Position numbers and translations under genes: made by a program. A stretch of DNA of 64,000 bases, taken from sequence record MG655270.1. One strand, 5' to 3'. The notes below the pieces were generated by a model, which searched no databases, was not told the origin of the DNA, and was given only the letters and a program-made list of their open reading frames with translations. How positions within the stretch are numbered: position 1 is the first letter of the stretch; every line of letters begins with the position of its first letter. Below, piece after piece: positions 37,596 to 50,742 of the stretch.

Positions 37596-38981
37596 ATGTC
37601 TTTACACCAAAAGCTCCTCTCTGCCGGGCTGGAGGCGTTTGATGCGCCTCCGGCTGCTCCGGTAGTAGCGGCAGTAGTACCTGCTCCATTTGATAACAAC
37701 GCCCCGGTTAGCGAAGACCCGGAACTGATTCGTGAAGAGACTGCCGCTCGTTTAGCGCTCGTGTCGATCATCGAAGCGGAACGTGACGAAGAAGACTCGC
37801 GGTCAGCGGTTTACGAACTGCGTCGTCTGTCTGATGGTTTGGAAGGGTTGATGGTTGAGATTCAAAACGTCAACAACCCAGAAGAACCGACTGAAGACGA
37901 AATGGCGATGTTGAAAGCCACCGCCCAGCAAGTACGTAAAGAGCTGCTGGAAGATGGTGAGCAAGAACTCGTCATCAATGTCGAAAACGGCATTCTGGTT
38001 GGTTCACAGGAAGGTCTGGCTGATGCCCTCAGTAATGTGGCGAAGAAGATCGGTTTTGCATTAGGTAATGCAGCGAAAGGTTTACTGAGCAAAGGCGAGC
38101 AGGCGAAAGCGCCGTTGTCTTATAACCGTAAACTGGCAGCTGAACTGAAAGCGAAAATCGATAAGCTCGGCACGACAGAATTTGACTTTACCATGCCAGC
38201 TGATCTGGTCCGTCAGATTCGTGTGAGCGATACCGGTCCGGTTGATGCACTCAAAGCAGTAGCAGACTTCCCGGCAGCACTTGATGCCTGGTATCTGACC
38301 CCTGCTGATGCAGCAATGAACCTGTTTGAAAAACACGCCAACATCGTGCAGGCGATTGCCGGTAGCAAGACTCTCGAAGAGTTCAACACGAACTATGCGA
38401 AACTGAGCTCACTGGCACCACCGCTGCCTGCAGGCGCTAAACGCCTTGATCCGATTAACACGCGGGATTATATCTTCGATGTTAATGAACATCACCCAAG
38501 TATGGGTCGTGTGGCTCGCTACTATTATGTTGCGCGTCCGGATGTGGGTAAAACGCCTGAAGATAAAGCGCTGGATAATGTCATTGCTTTGGCGCAGTAT
38601 TCGACCGGGATCTATCCGTTCGATAAGATCTCTAAACGCAAAGCAACTGATGAGCAGGTGAAGTTCAGCGCGGCTGAAGTCAAAGGCTTGCTGGATGACA
38701 TGCTGAAAGCGTGTGACGTGGTTGATAAGTACCTTTCACGTCTTGCAGTCGCCAGCACAATGGATAAGCGCTACAACGCTCTGGTTGATTTACTCAACAG
38801 CGACTTGCGTAAACAAGAGTGGTGTTCCACAGAAGTCAACCGCATGGCACGCGTTGCGTTGATCTCAATGGATGCGTATTATTCATACGGGTTTGCTTAT
38901 ACCAGTCGTGCTTACGAGCTGATGGACGTGATCGTCAAGTTGGTGAAGAAAGCCGTGTATAAATCTGACCTCAGTAAGTAA
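37596..38981 (+). CDS. Inner-body/ejection protein paralogue 2
   Basis: AGLEAF leader, acidic propeptide, GLE/SQE sites. Confidence 0.72.
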   Translation: MSLHQKLLSAGLEAFDAPPAAPVVAAVVPAPFDNNAPVSEDPELIREETAARLALVSIIEAERDEEDSRSAVYELRRLSDGLEGLMVEIQNVNNPEEPTEDEMAMLKATAQQVRKELLEDGEQELVINVENGILVGSQEGLADALSNVAKKIGFALGNAAKGLLSKGEQAKAPLSYNRKLAAELKAKIDKLGTTEFDFTMPADLVRQIRVSDTGPVDALKAVADFPAALDAWYLTPADAAMNLFEKHANIVQAIAGSKTLEEFNTNYAKLSSLAPPLPAGAKRLDPINTRDYIFDVNEHHPSMGRVARYYYVARPDVGKTPEDKALDNVIALAQYSTGIYPFDKISKRKATDEQVKFSAAEVKGLLDDMLKACDVVDKYLSRLAVASTMDKRYNALVDLLNSDLRKQEWCSTEVNRMARVALISMDAYYSYGFAYTSRAYELMDVIVKLVKKAVYKSDLSK

Positions 38982-38992
38982 ACGGAGAAAAC

Positions 38993-40363
38993 ATGTCCGC
39001 GATTAATGACTTTCTATTTACTGCGGGCATGGAGGGGTTTAACGACCCCTCCTCTATACCGCCCGTTGGTATAGTTGTGCCCTTTTTTGGTGTTGAAGAG
39101 TTCGCCGAAGCGGATGCTGAACAATCTGTACGTATGACAGAGATGAACCAGCAAGCCGAAGCAATTCAACGCCTGCAACAAACGCTGGTCTACATCAACG
39201 CTCACCGTCCGACCTTTGACCGTGAGAATGCTGCCGTCGTGCAGCAAGCACTGGGTGAAGTGCAGGTACTGATGCCCGACATGGAAGACCCGGTCACCAT
39301 CATGGGGTCGCTGGAGCATTATACGCCGGCTTACACCAACCACCTGCTTGCGCACGGTATTGAAGGCATTGGTGATAAGATCCTGAGCGTGGTCAAGAAG
39401 ATCATCGAACTCTTGAAGAAAGGTTATACCTTCTTGAGTAAAGCCATCCAGGCAAAGGGTGTGGTCTTCGGTAAACAGAAGCGCGAACTCGATGACCTCA
39501 ATGCGTGGTTTAAAGAGCAACGCAAAAGCAACGATAAGCCCGCTACCACCACCGGCAATGAACCTAAGGTTGTTACGGTCACTGCCCCGACCTATCTGTA
39601 CACCGTCGACAGTAACAAACCGTTAGCGGCAGATCGTCTAGCAAGCGAAGTGGCAAAGTACAACAAATTCCTGCAGGCCTTCTCGGTTGATTTCATCCGG
39701 GCGCATATTACCCTGGGTGATCTCTATATTCGTGCACTGGGTAGTCTGGATATTGCCAGTACCAGTAACGAAGAGTTGTTCACCAAGATGTTTAAGGGTC
39801 AGTTTAAATACCAGGCCTCGGGTGCATCGCTGTACACCAAACGCAATGGCGAAATGTGTGATATCGAAACAGTTGGGTTGATTGGCGGGATTGGCTTTAA
39901 AGCCTCCATCGCGAATATCCTGGTCGCACCGCTTGAGATGACTGCAGACGGTTCTAACCAGCGTAAGTTCTTCAAGCAGATGAACGGGTTATACAACTAC
40001 AGTTTTGTCTCCAAAATAAAAATGGATGGCAGTACGGTGGGCAATACCCCAATCTATGCTTGCAGTCTCGCTGACGCTGAGCGGTTGGTGAATCAACTTG
40101 ATATGTTGACCAACTGGATGATTAACAGTCAACACGACGAAGAGATCCGTGACTTTAATAAGCGGGTGACTGAGTGTGTGGATAAGCTGGCTGATCGTGC
40201 CGGTCGTCTGGGTAATGACCGCAGTGATTTTATCACTACTGTGATCAACGCCTTGTCTGGTATCTCCAGTGGTCTGGAAAATGTGTCCCGTGGTATGAAT
40301 CAGCAAACGAACACATTGATCAACAACTTGCGTGAGTACGTTACCAAATCCACGAAAGCGTAA
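38993..40363 (+). CDS. Inner-body/ejection protein paralogue 3
   Basis: AGMEGF leader, SLE/GIE sites. Confidence 0.72.
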   Translation: MSAINDFLFTAGMEGFNDPSSIPPVGIVVPFFGVEEFAEADAEQSVRMTEMNQQAEAIQRLQQTLVYINAHRPTFDRENAAVVQQALGEVQVLMPDMEDPVTIMGSLEHYTPAYTNHLLAHGIEGIGDKILSVVKKIIELLKKGYTFLSKAIQAKGVVFGKQKRELDDLNAWFKEQRKSNDKPATTTGNEPKVVTVTAPTYLYTVDSNKPLAADRLASEVAKYNKFLQAFSVDFIRAHITLGDLYIRALGSLDIASTSNEELFTKMFKGQFKYQASGASLYTKRNGEMCDIETVGLIGGIGFKASIANILVAPLEMTADGSNQRKFFKQMNGLYNYSFVSKIKMDGSTVGNTPIYACSLADAERLVNQLDMLTNWMINSQHDEEIRDFNKRVTECVDKLADRAGRLGNDRSDFITTVINALSGISSGLENVSRGMNQQTNTLINNLREYVTKSTKA

Positions 40364-40374
40364 ATTATTATATG
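40362..40374 (+). promoter_or_regulatory. Candidate late promoter AAATTATTATATG (TATG core)
   Basis: Identical 13-mer on the minus strand at 49099-49087; TATG is the phiKZ late-promoter consensus. Confidence 0.55.
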
Positions 40375-40456
40375 TGTTAACGGCCCTGCAGGAAACGCGG
40401 GGCCTTATCACAATACGATCGTATTTAATTTCATGAAATTAAGGTAGAGACTCACT

Positions 40457-41812
40457 ATGTCTATTCAAGCATTTTTAAACCTCGGCGCCGAGGCTTTCGA
40501 AGACGCACCGGTAGTTGAAGAAGCACCGGTTGTGGTTGTTGCACCAGTACCAGAAGAAGTGATCGAGCTGATTGCTGAGCGTGATGATTCGAACATCGCC
40601 CTGGCTATTGCTCAGGATGCGGCGGCAATGTCTGCTGCTGAGCGTCAGGTGGAAGAGTTTGCTTCCGCAATCGAGCGCGTTGAAAATGTCCAGGCATCAA
40701 TGGAGCACTTCATCGAAGCGGGCCTGTCGCAGAAATCAGCAATGATGCTGCATCGCCAGATCTCAACAGTTATGGCATCTGTCGGCAAGGATGGCAGCGC
40801 CATCGGTGGCGGTCTGGAAAACTTCGACAACGAAGAAGCCAGCATTGCACTGCTGACCGCTGGTCTGGAAGCACTGGATGCCGAGAAAGCCGATCTGTCC
40901 TCCCGTGCCGGTGCATCTATTGCCGGTATCGCCGGTAACATTAAAAGCTTTCTGGGCAACATCAGTACTCAGGCCGGTCGTTATAAACTGCGTGCTGAAG
41001 CGATCGTTAAATCTGCTGACGGCGCTGAAGCCAAGTCCGGCACTGTTGAAGTAAAAGATAAACACCTGGTTGTAAAAGGCGGCAATCCATCAACTAACCT
41101 GAAAGGCGATCTGGGTAACTTCAGCAAGCTGGTTGGTGCGGCAATCGCCACCTTCATCGAAGGCGATATCGTTAAAGAAGGCAGCGCTCTGGCAAAAGCT
41201 GGCGAGACCATCATTAAAGCGACTACCGCTGATGTGGCAGTGAAAGCCGCAATGGGTGTGAAACACAATCCATTCCCGGGCGCAACCATCGCAGTGCAGG
41301 ACAAAGACACCTTCAGTATCAAACGTACTGAAGTGGTTCTCGGCGGCTATGCGGTATTCGATCTGCAATATAAAGCCACCGGCGGCGAAGGTGCTGAAGC
41401 AGCTGTTGCGCATCTGAATGCACTGAGCAAAAACCGCGTTACTCTTCGTCAGGCTCCAGTTGAAGCTGGTAGCGAGAAAGTATTCTCTGCCACTATGTCT
41501 CCGGCCGATGGCGCAGCACTGGCGAAAGATGTTATCGCAATGCTGGACAACATCACAGCGGTCAATAACCGTAGCCTGGGTGCGGTAAGTGGCGCACTGG
41601 CCCGTCTGGGTACCAGCGTTGTGTTGAAAGGTGCTGTGGCGAAAGACGCAGACAAAGACGTGAAGAAAATTGCTGGCGCCATGGGTAAAACCCTGGTTGG
41701 TTCTATCCAGGCTGTTAACAGTCTGCCACGCGATGCCCTGAGCGCTGCGCTGAAAGTGTCTGATGCTGTACTGAAAGTTGCTAAGAAAGCTGCTGCAGGT
41801 CAAGTAGACTAA
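40457..41812 (+). CDS. Inner-body/ejection protein paralogue 4 (strong codon bias, probably abundant)
   Basis: GAEAF leader, SME/GLE/AGLE sites. Confidence 0.72.
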   Translation: MSIQAFLNLGAEAFEDAPVVEEAPVVVVAPVPEEVIELIAERDDSNIALAIAQDAAAMSAAERQVEEFASAIERVENVQASMEHFIEAGLSQKSAMMLHRQISTVMASVGKDGSAIGGGLENFDNEEASIALLTAGLEALDAEKADLSSRAGASIAGIAGNIKSFLGNISTQAGRYKLRAEAIVKSADGAEAKSGTVEVKDKHLVVKGGNPSTNLKGDLGNFSKLVGAAIATFIEGDIVKEGSALAKAGETIIKATTADVAVKAAMGVKHNPFPGATIAVQDKDTFSIKRTEVVLGGYAVFDLQYKATGGEGAEAAVAHLNALSKNRVTLRQAPVEAGSEKVFSATMSPADGAALAKDVIAMLDNITAVNNRSLGAVSGALARLGTSVVLKGAVAKDADKDVKKIAGAMGKTLVGSIQAVNSLPRDALSAALKVSDAVLKVAKKAAAGQVD

Positions 41813-41832
41813 TCGAGTAACTTGACAACCTT

Positions 41833-41866
41833 AGGGGGAGAGGGGTTTCCCTCTCCTCTTATACCG
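41833..41866 (+). terminator. Stem-loop plus TTATACCG variant
   Basis: GGGGGAGAGGG-GTTT-CCCTCTCCTC-TTATACCG. Confidence 0.7.
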
Positions 41867-41883
41867 ACCAAGAAGGTGAATGC

Positions 41884-44226
41884 ATGTCAACCATGACAGA
41901 ACTGGGTCCGTCACAAGGCACACTCCTTGCGGATGAGAAAGCAGTACACGATGACGCGGCCACCGAAGCCACCGAAGTTGCACTCCACGTATTAAAGAAG
42001 ATTGGTAAGAAGAAAGAGAAAGATGACGAGGATGAAGAGGCCGTGCTCTCCTTTGGTAGCGAAGGCTATGCCATGCTCACCAGTATGTCATTTGATCTGA
42101 CTGAGAACTCCGATCTGGCAGTACAGGAACTCCTGGATAAGATCACCACCATCGTCATTGAAGCAAATGGCAATCTCACGCAGAAAGATCTGGAGAAGAT
42201 CAAGAGTGTGGGGAATGAGTCGTTGTTAGGCGATGGGAATGAAGACTATAAAGAAGTCGTCACCATGGTCATGAAACGGATCATGCAATTCATTCGCTGG
42301 GCGATCAACCAGGGTAAGGAAGGGATCAAACGGGTTGCTGACCGCTTGAGTCGTCTGAGCGTGAAGACGATGTATGTTGAGCGTAAGATCGATATCTCCA
42401 CTGACAACTCATTGCCGACTGACAAGTTTGTATTACCGCGCAGCTACCCGATACTGATGATGGTGAACAAACCACCGGCCAATGCCATGGAAGTGATCAA
42501 TGCCGTCAACCGCACCAAGTATCTCTTCACCACGTTACATAACGACTACCAAGGTTTCCAGGCGTTGTTTAAGGCAGCGGTAGCCACTGGCTCTCGAGCT
42601 GACACCTTAGAGATGATCAACAACTATCTCAACGGATTGATCAGTAAGCTCTCAGCACGCCCTAACCCACTGTTCGATAACCGCAATACCTTTAACCAGT
42701 TACCAGGCGGGTATCGTCTGGTGTTCTCAGAAGGTCAGTCGTTTGCGGATTGTGGGGCAACGATCCTGCGTACGCCGGAGAAATATGAAGCCGCACCGGC
42801 GGTTCAGCGTCCAGATAAAGCGAGTCTGGTACGGTTGGTCAGTGAGATCAAAACCTACCTGCGGGTGATTAACGAAGTCTACGGTAAAGTCTCCAGTCGG
42901 TTGGAGGTTGATTTCCGTAACATCGTGAAAGCCGCTGAGAAAGAAGTGAAGGGGTTTGATTCAACAGCAGATATCCGCACTGCCTCGACCACCATCGAAT
43001 GGTTCACCGAACAGCAGTCACGCCTGTATACCCGCTCAATGATGCTCTCTTGTACGGTATTGAATGCCGCGCTTGATTACTGTCTGGGTGCCATTGGGGC
43101 GAAACCGGCTGTCGGGACCGAAAGCTTTGATATCCTTGATACCTCATCAATGGGTTATGCGATCGAGTCGCTGGGCGAGCAAATGGAACGGCTTGACGCT
43201 GGCTTGTGTGAACTGGAGATCGATGCCCGTACTATGCAGTCGATTACCGATGTCAAAGAGATGGTAGATGTCGATAACGATCACGTCATCCAGCTTCTGA
43301 TGCAACAGCGCCCAAGCAGCTATTTCAATCCACCGGATGGACTGTCAGAGTACTCGCTGGGTGATGCCTTTAACGGCAGTGCTACGGCACGTTATATTGG
43401 CAGGCGTTTAACCAGTATCGTTAACCTCACGAATCAGCTCTCAGGCACCACGGATTTGATGAAAGGGTTATTGGCCGAAATGCCAACGGGTGAGATCAGG
43501 CCAGGCAGTGATGCGGATGTAATCGAGCGTAACTCGTTGCTTGACCGGGAGATGTTTGAAGGACATCCCCTGTGTGCGTTCCTGCATCGGGTAGACCGGG
43601 AAGGTATCTACGCCACCGATGTGATTCGCTATGTTACTGACACCTATGAGAAACTGCGTCAAGTGCGCACGACTCTGGCGGTTCAGGCTGAGCAGATGAC
43701 ACTAACAGTGGCTGATGGTGAGATGAACGTGAGCTTGTTGAAAGAGTTCCTGTTTAACGCCCCTCAGGAGCCCTTCACGGACAGCGTACTCTGTGGTGGA
43801 TTCAGACTACAACCTGTAGCAGAAAAGCTCGGAGAACTCGTTATACACGGTGCTGTGATGGATTCCCCTCCACCACTGAAACCGATGACGACTATCCATC
43901 GCCCAAGCTACGACGAGTATAATGGTGTCAACCAGCTGGCAAGCCTGTTCGGTAATGAACTGCGGGAACTGGCTAAGATCGCAGAGCGGCTACAAATCGG
44001 CACAGGGTATTTGCGCTACATCACAACCTCAGTAGCGGACAACCTCAATGAGGATGGCTTGAAAGGGGGTGGTGATGGTTGGTTCAATACTGCACTTGAG
44101 TACTTGGCGGTGTCAGCACGCCAGTATCGCTGGATGTATCGCCTAACTGTTCAGTTGGCGGTGTATGAACACACCATGATCAATGCCCTGCGTCACTACA
44201 ACAACTCAGGAGGCTGGCATGACTGA
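41884..44226 (+). CDS. Large head protein, apparently two tandem ejection-protein modules
   Basis: GSE/GNE sites near the N-terminus and internal GTE/AIE sites near residues 410-430. Confidence 0.65.
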   Translation: MSTMTELGPSQGTLLADEKAVHDDAATEATEVALHVLKKIGKKKEKDDEDEEAVLSFGSEGYAMLTSMSFDLTENSDLAVQELLDKITTIVIEANGNLTQKDLEKIKSVGNESLLGDGNEDYKEVVTMVMKRIMQFIRWAINQGKEGIKRVADRLSRLSVKTMYVERKIDISTDNSLPTDKFVLPRSYPILMMVNKPPANAMEVINAVNRTKYLFTTLHNDYQGFQALFKAAVATGSRADTLEMINNYLNGLISKLSARPNPLFDNRNTFNQLPGGYRLVFSEGQSFADCGATILRTPEKYEAAPAVQRPDKASLVRLVSEIKTYLRVINEVYGKVSSRLEVDFRNIVKAAEKEVKGFDSTADIRTASTTIEWFTEQQSRLYTRSMMLSCTVLNAALDYCLGAIGAKPAVGTESFDILDTSSMGYAIESLGEQMERLDAGLCELEIDARTMQSITDVKEMVDVDNDHVIQLLMQQRPSSYFNPPDGLSEYSLGDAFNGSATARYIGRRLTSIVNLTNQLSGTTDLMKGLLAEMPTGEIRPGSDADVIERNSLLDREMFEGHPLCAFLHRVDREGIYATDVIRYVTDTYEKLRQVRTTLAVQAEQMTLTVADGEMNVSLLKEFLFNAPQEPFTDSVLCGGFRLQPVAEKLGELVIHGAVMDSPPPLKPMTTIHRPSYDEYNGVNQLASLFGNELRELAKIAERLQIGTGYLRYITTSVADNLNEDGLKGGGDGWFNTALEYLAVSARQYRWMYRLTVQLAVYEHTMINALRHYNNSGGWHD

Positions 44227-44566
44227 TAACAGTAACAAGGCGTTGTATAATGCAGCGCGCTTGCCTGTTCTTTACGAGTACCCGCATGACTTCACCCCGT
44301 ATGCCCGTTTACTGGCTAACGAGAAGCAAGGCGCACAACCTTCGCAGGCGTTTGCTGAGATGCTGGCTAAGGTAACGGGTGATCCCTGGACACTGACCCC
44401 TAAGCAACCGTATACCCTGTACGGTGCCAAGGTGACGTTGATTGGTGAGAACCAGCCCAACTTCCCAACCAGTAAACGGTTTCCTTACGTCCTGGTGTTG
44501 CAGTTGAGTACCCGGTATCAAGAACGCAAGTTATACCTGAGCTTTAAGATCTTGAAATCGAGCTGA
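44219..44566 (+). CDS. Putative virion structural protein
   Basis: GGAGG RBS before ATG 44219; overlaps the previous stop. Confidence 0.6.
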   Translation: MTDNSNKALYNAARLPVLYEYPHDFTPYARLLANEKQGAQPSQAFAEMLAKVTGDPWTLTPKQPYTLYGAKVTLIGENQPNFPTSKRFPYVLVLQLSTRYQERKLYLSFKILKSS

Positions 44567-44603
44567 GCATAAGGAGAGGGCAAACGCCCTCTCCTCTATG
44601 CCG
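44567..44603. terminator. Bidirectional GCATAA-stem-loop-CTATGCCG element
   Basis: GCATAAGGAGAGGGC-AAAC-GCCCTCTCCTCTATGCCG; convergent genes. Confidence 0.8.
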
Positions 44604-45305
44604 TTATGCTTGTGGTGCTTCGCCACTGCCATCAGCTGGCGTGGTTTCATCTTCACTGAACGTATTGGGAATACGAGGCAGATCACCAATCACGGTTGCA
44701 GAGGTTACCGCGTTCTTGAAAGTCCAGTAACGCTCAAGGTACGCATTATAAGACTCCAGCAGACGCTCAACCACGTCGATCACTTCAACCGGTAAGAGTT
44801 CAACCATTTGACCGTCAACAGTACGCAGACGGAATTTGGTTTCATCGGAGGCCCCGACGCGTTTCTCACCGACCACACGCATGCCCATCAGGTTAGCGCG
44901 TTCTTCAGCAGTCATCACCACTTTGTAGTCTGTGCTGTCGTGGGTAAATGCGATGCCGTTGTTAAGATCATTACTGATGATCTCTTTGGCACTTTGCAGC
45001 GACATGTCTTTACCCATTGCCAGGTTGGCTGCGAGCTCTTCTTCATTATAAGCCCGCACATCCCAGAACTGGTAATAAAGACCGTCATCACCTTTAACCG
45101 GTGTGCCTTCGGTCACCACATCACCATCCGGCCGATCAACCATGTTGACCATGGCGTAAGGACGAGGAAGGTTCAGCAGCTTCTCAGACTCGATGGTGCT
45201 ACCCCAGCTGGTTTGCATGTTGTCCTGACGGGCATCATACATGTACTTCGGGTAAGCCATATCCTCGATACGGACGAGGGGTGTAGAATTCGTTACTGTA
45301 GTCAT
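44604..45305 (-). CDS. Tail-fibre assembly/chaperone-like protein (DUF4376-like C-terminus)
   Basis: YPKYMYD...GTPVKGDDGLYYQFWDVR N-terminal part; ERANLMG...FRLRTVDGQMVEL; directly downstream of the fibre gene. Confidence 0.6.
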   Translation of the reverse strand: MTTVTNSTPLVRIEDMAYPKYMYDARQDNMQTSWGSTIESEKLLNLPRPYAMVNMVDRPDGDVVTEGTPVKGDDGLYYQFWDVRAYNEEELAANLAMGKDMSLQSAKEIISNDLNNGIAFTHDSTDYKVVMTAEERANLMGMRVVGEKRVGASDETKFRLRTVDGQMVELLPVEVIDVVERLLESYNAYLERYWTFKNAVTSATVIGDLPRIPNTFSEDETTPADGSGEAPQA

Positions 45306-45322
45306 TACGACTCCTTGAAGAA

Positions 45323-45344
45323 TGCTGGGGCTTTCACCCCAGCA
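45323..45344 (-). terminator. Perfect 8-bp hairpin between fibre and chaperone genes
   Basis: TGCTGGGG-CTTTCA-CCCCAGCA followed on the minus strand by TTCTTC. Confidence 0.45.
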
Positions 45345-45353
45345 CAGACGCCG

Positions 45354-48461
<3,108 letters not shown>

Positions 48462-48520
48462 TACAAACCTCTTTTAGTAACTATATTGCTGTTTAGTGTA
48501 AACGGGTTCACACTCGTGTG

Positions 48521-49054
48521 TTATGCCACGCTTTCAAGCTTCAGTGGCTGGCCGTCTTCAGTTGTGAGCCATTGACCACTTTCAGTCAGCAGGACAGGCT
48601 GCTGCGTCGCACCGGTGTTAATCAGTACCGCAAGGGTACCTTCATAGACGAGGCTACCTTGGAAGACGATGTCGTGCATGATACGACCTTCGCTGTCCGT
48701 GTTGTTCGCGTCAATGGTGCGATCTGAAATGTCATTGGCTGTGACCTGCAAGCCGTAACGACCGTTTAACGTCGCCAGCAGATCTTTAGTTGTGGATGGA
48801 GTACTAACAGTGAGTTCTGGAACAATGCCAAAAAACAACGTCGATACCTTGAGTCGGTCGAGGTTGACGATATTGCTCCCAACGTACCCTTTGTCAGCTA
48901 CAGCAATAACAGGGATGTCGGTATCGCGTTTACCCGCTCCTGTCACTGGCGTAGGGACACCAAAGTTAATTTGATCAGCCCGGATAGTAAGATTATTATC
49001 CTGGTTAATTTGATCAACGATGATTTGGGCCGATGGCTGATTCAGGATGGTCAT
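48521..49054 (-). CDS. Putative virion structural/fibre-anchor protein
   Basis: GYVGSNIVNLDRLKVSTLF segment; C-terminal LLTESGQWLTTEDGQPLKLE. Confidence 0.6.
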   Translation of the reverse strand: MTILNQPSAQIIVDQINQDNNLTIRADQINFGVPTPVTGAGKRDTDIPVIAVADKGYVGSNIVNLDRLKVSTLFFGIVPELTVSTPSTTKDLLATLNGRYGLQVTANDISDRTIDANNTDSEGRIMHDIVFQGSLVYEGTLAVLINTGATQQPVLLTESGQWLTTEDGQPLKLESVA

Positions 49055-49086
49055 ACTTTTCTCCCGTAAGCGCCGTTTCTGATGAT

Positions 49087-49099
49087 CATATAATAATTT
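49087..49099 (-). promoter_or_regulatory. Candidate late promoter AAATTATTATATG
   Basis: Exact copy of 40362-40374, 33 nt upstream of the fibre operon. Confidence 0.55.
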
Positions 49100-49185
49100 C
49101 TTTTCTACAAAACTAACCTAATCAAATAGGTATTCTGTGGTGAAATCGTATAGACATTAAAAGAAAGGGGATTGAGGATTACATC

Positions 49186-50742
49186 ATGCCCATTGTGACT
49201 GAAGCTACACCTGAGCAACACAAGTCGATTATTCGCCCGGTGGTCATTGAAGTCGTCAACCAGATTCTGCCTGTCATGCGCTTAAGTAATGACGACGAAT
49301 TGATCTTCAATGGTTTTGCGGATATTGCCATGTTGTCAAATTCCATGATCGGTGTGAACCGTAACCCTGACTCGCCCATTCGTCCACCGGGTCCAAGTCA
49401 GATCATGGTTAATATCGAGGAGAGTGCAACCAGCACCACCTCACCTGAGATGGCGGTACTTTATCCTGAGAACCGGTTTATCATGCGTGATGCTCGCCTG
49501 GGGATTGGTGTCCGTCCGGTTCGTAAACGCACCTTACTCAACATCACCTTTAATAAACGTTTCCGCTCCAAAGCCGCCGCTGACCGCTGGCATTCCAACA
49601 TGGAACAGCTGATGGCCCGTTATGTGCAGGATTATATCCACACCCTGGATTATCACTACAACATCCCTGACGGTATGCTGGTGATGCTCAGTGAGTTCTG
49701 GAAGCTGCGTGAAGCACAAGCGCCGTATAACCAGAACTTCGGTGAATGGCTCTCCTCGTGCATGGCGCCGTACCAGACGGTCACCACTAACCAGGCGGGT
49801 AAACAAGCACAGTTGTCATTTGCTGAATCGTTAGATAACGTGCAGGGGTGGTGGGATTTCGATGTGGTGCCCTACCCGGTCCGTGAGAACACCCGTGGGA
49901 ACTGGCAAGTCACCTTCGATTACAAAGTCGAATTTGATAAGGTAATTGAATTGGTGATGAACTACCCGATCATCATTCATAACCAGATGCTTCCCCCGGA
50001 GATGATCCCTCAGCCACGCCTACCGAGCTATCGCAACAAGGTATATCAGAAGAACGCGATGATGTATCGGGCCGAAGCCGTACAGCAGGAAGTAGAGCCA
50101 GCAAACTACAGCTTGCGTGATTACCTGTGCTACCCGGTGTACGATGACTGGATACCGGAATACATCCCGCCGTATCAGATCGTGCAATACACTGCCCAGC
50201 TTGCTGTTGATCCGGCTGACCTGCGGTTGGTGGTTAACTTAAAAGAGTTGGGGGATTATGAGTTCACGGGAGCGGCACTGGAGTACTTGCGCTATGTGAA
50301 GAACCGGGCTTTCGTCAATACCCGTTCGGTGATTCAGCTGAAGGTGTATGAAGAGGATGTGCTGATCGATTCGGAGAAGCTCACCTTGGACAGTAACCTG
50401 GATGTGCACTGTGCCTTTGATCTGAACCTGCGTAAATCTTACCACATCATGGTCACCATCGACTCCGACCTGGCAAAACTGTCTGAACAGACCGTCAGTG
50501 AGTTAAAAGAAGATGGCTGGTTTACTGAGAATGTCTTGCAGGTGATCTACCCGCAGTATCTCAATACCCCGGTTTGGCCAAAACCCAATGACCGGGGGAC
50601 GATCTCTGATCTTGCCTGGGATCGGTTTGTGGCGGCACTCTACCCGACCAACCAATGGTACCGCAAGCCGGACATCGCCCAGCTAACGATTGGACAGTTT
50701 ACCATTCTTGCTAAGAAGAGAAACGATCATGGCTATCGCTAA
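49186..50742 (+). CDS. Putative virion structural protein (baseplate/neck)
   Basis: 518 aa, GAGGA RBS, first gene of a 4-gene structural operon. Confidence 0.55.
   Translation: MPIVTEATPEQHKSIIRPVVIEVVNQILPVMRLSNDDELIFNGFADIAMLSNSMIGVNRNPDSPIRPPGPSQIMVNIEESATSTTSPEMAVLYPENRFIMRDARLGIGVRPVRKRTLLNITFNKRFRSKAAADRWHSNMEQLMARYVQDYIHTLDYHYNIPDGMLVMLSEFWKLREAQAPYNQNFGEWLSSCMAPYQTVTTNQAGKQAQLSFAESLDNVQGWWDFDVVPYPVRENTRGNWQVTFDYKVEFDKVIELVMNYPIIIHNQMLPPEMIPQPRLPSYRNKVYQKNAMMYRAEAVQQEVEPANYSLRDYLCYPVYDDWIPEYIPPYQIVQYTAQLAVDPADLRLVVNLKELGDYEFTGAALEYLRYVKNRAFVNTRSVIQLKVYEEDVLIDSEKLTLDSNLDVHCAFDLNLRKSYHIMVTIDSDLAKLSEQTVSELKEDGWFTENVLQVIYPQYLNTPVWPKPNDRGTISDLAWDRFVAALYPTNQWYRKPDIAQLTIGQFTILAKKRNDHGYR

Noticed and set aside
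41090-41803. 237-aa antisense ORF
   Set aside because: Arises from the codon bias of a highly expressed sense gene; no protein features
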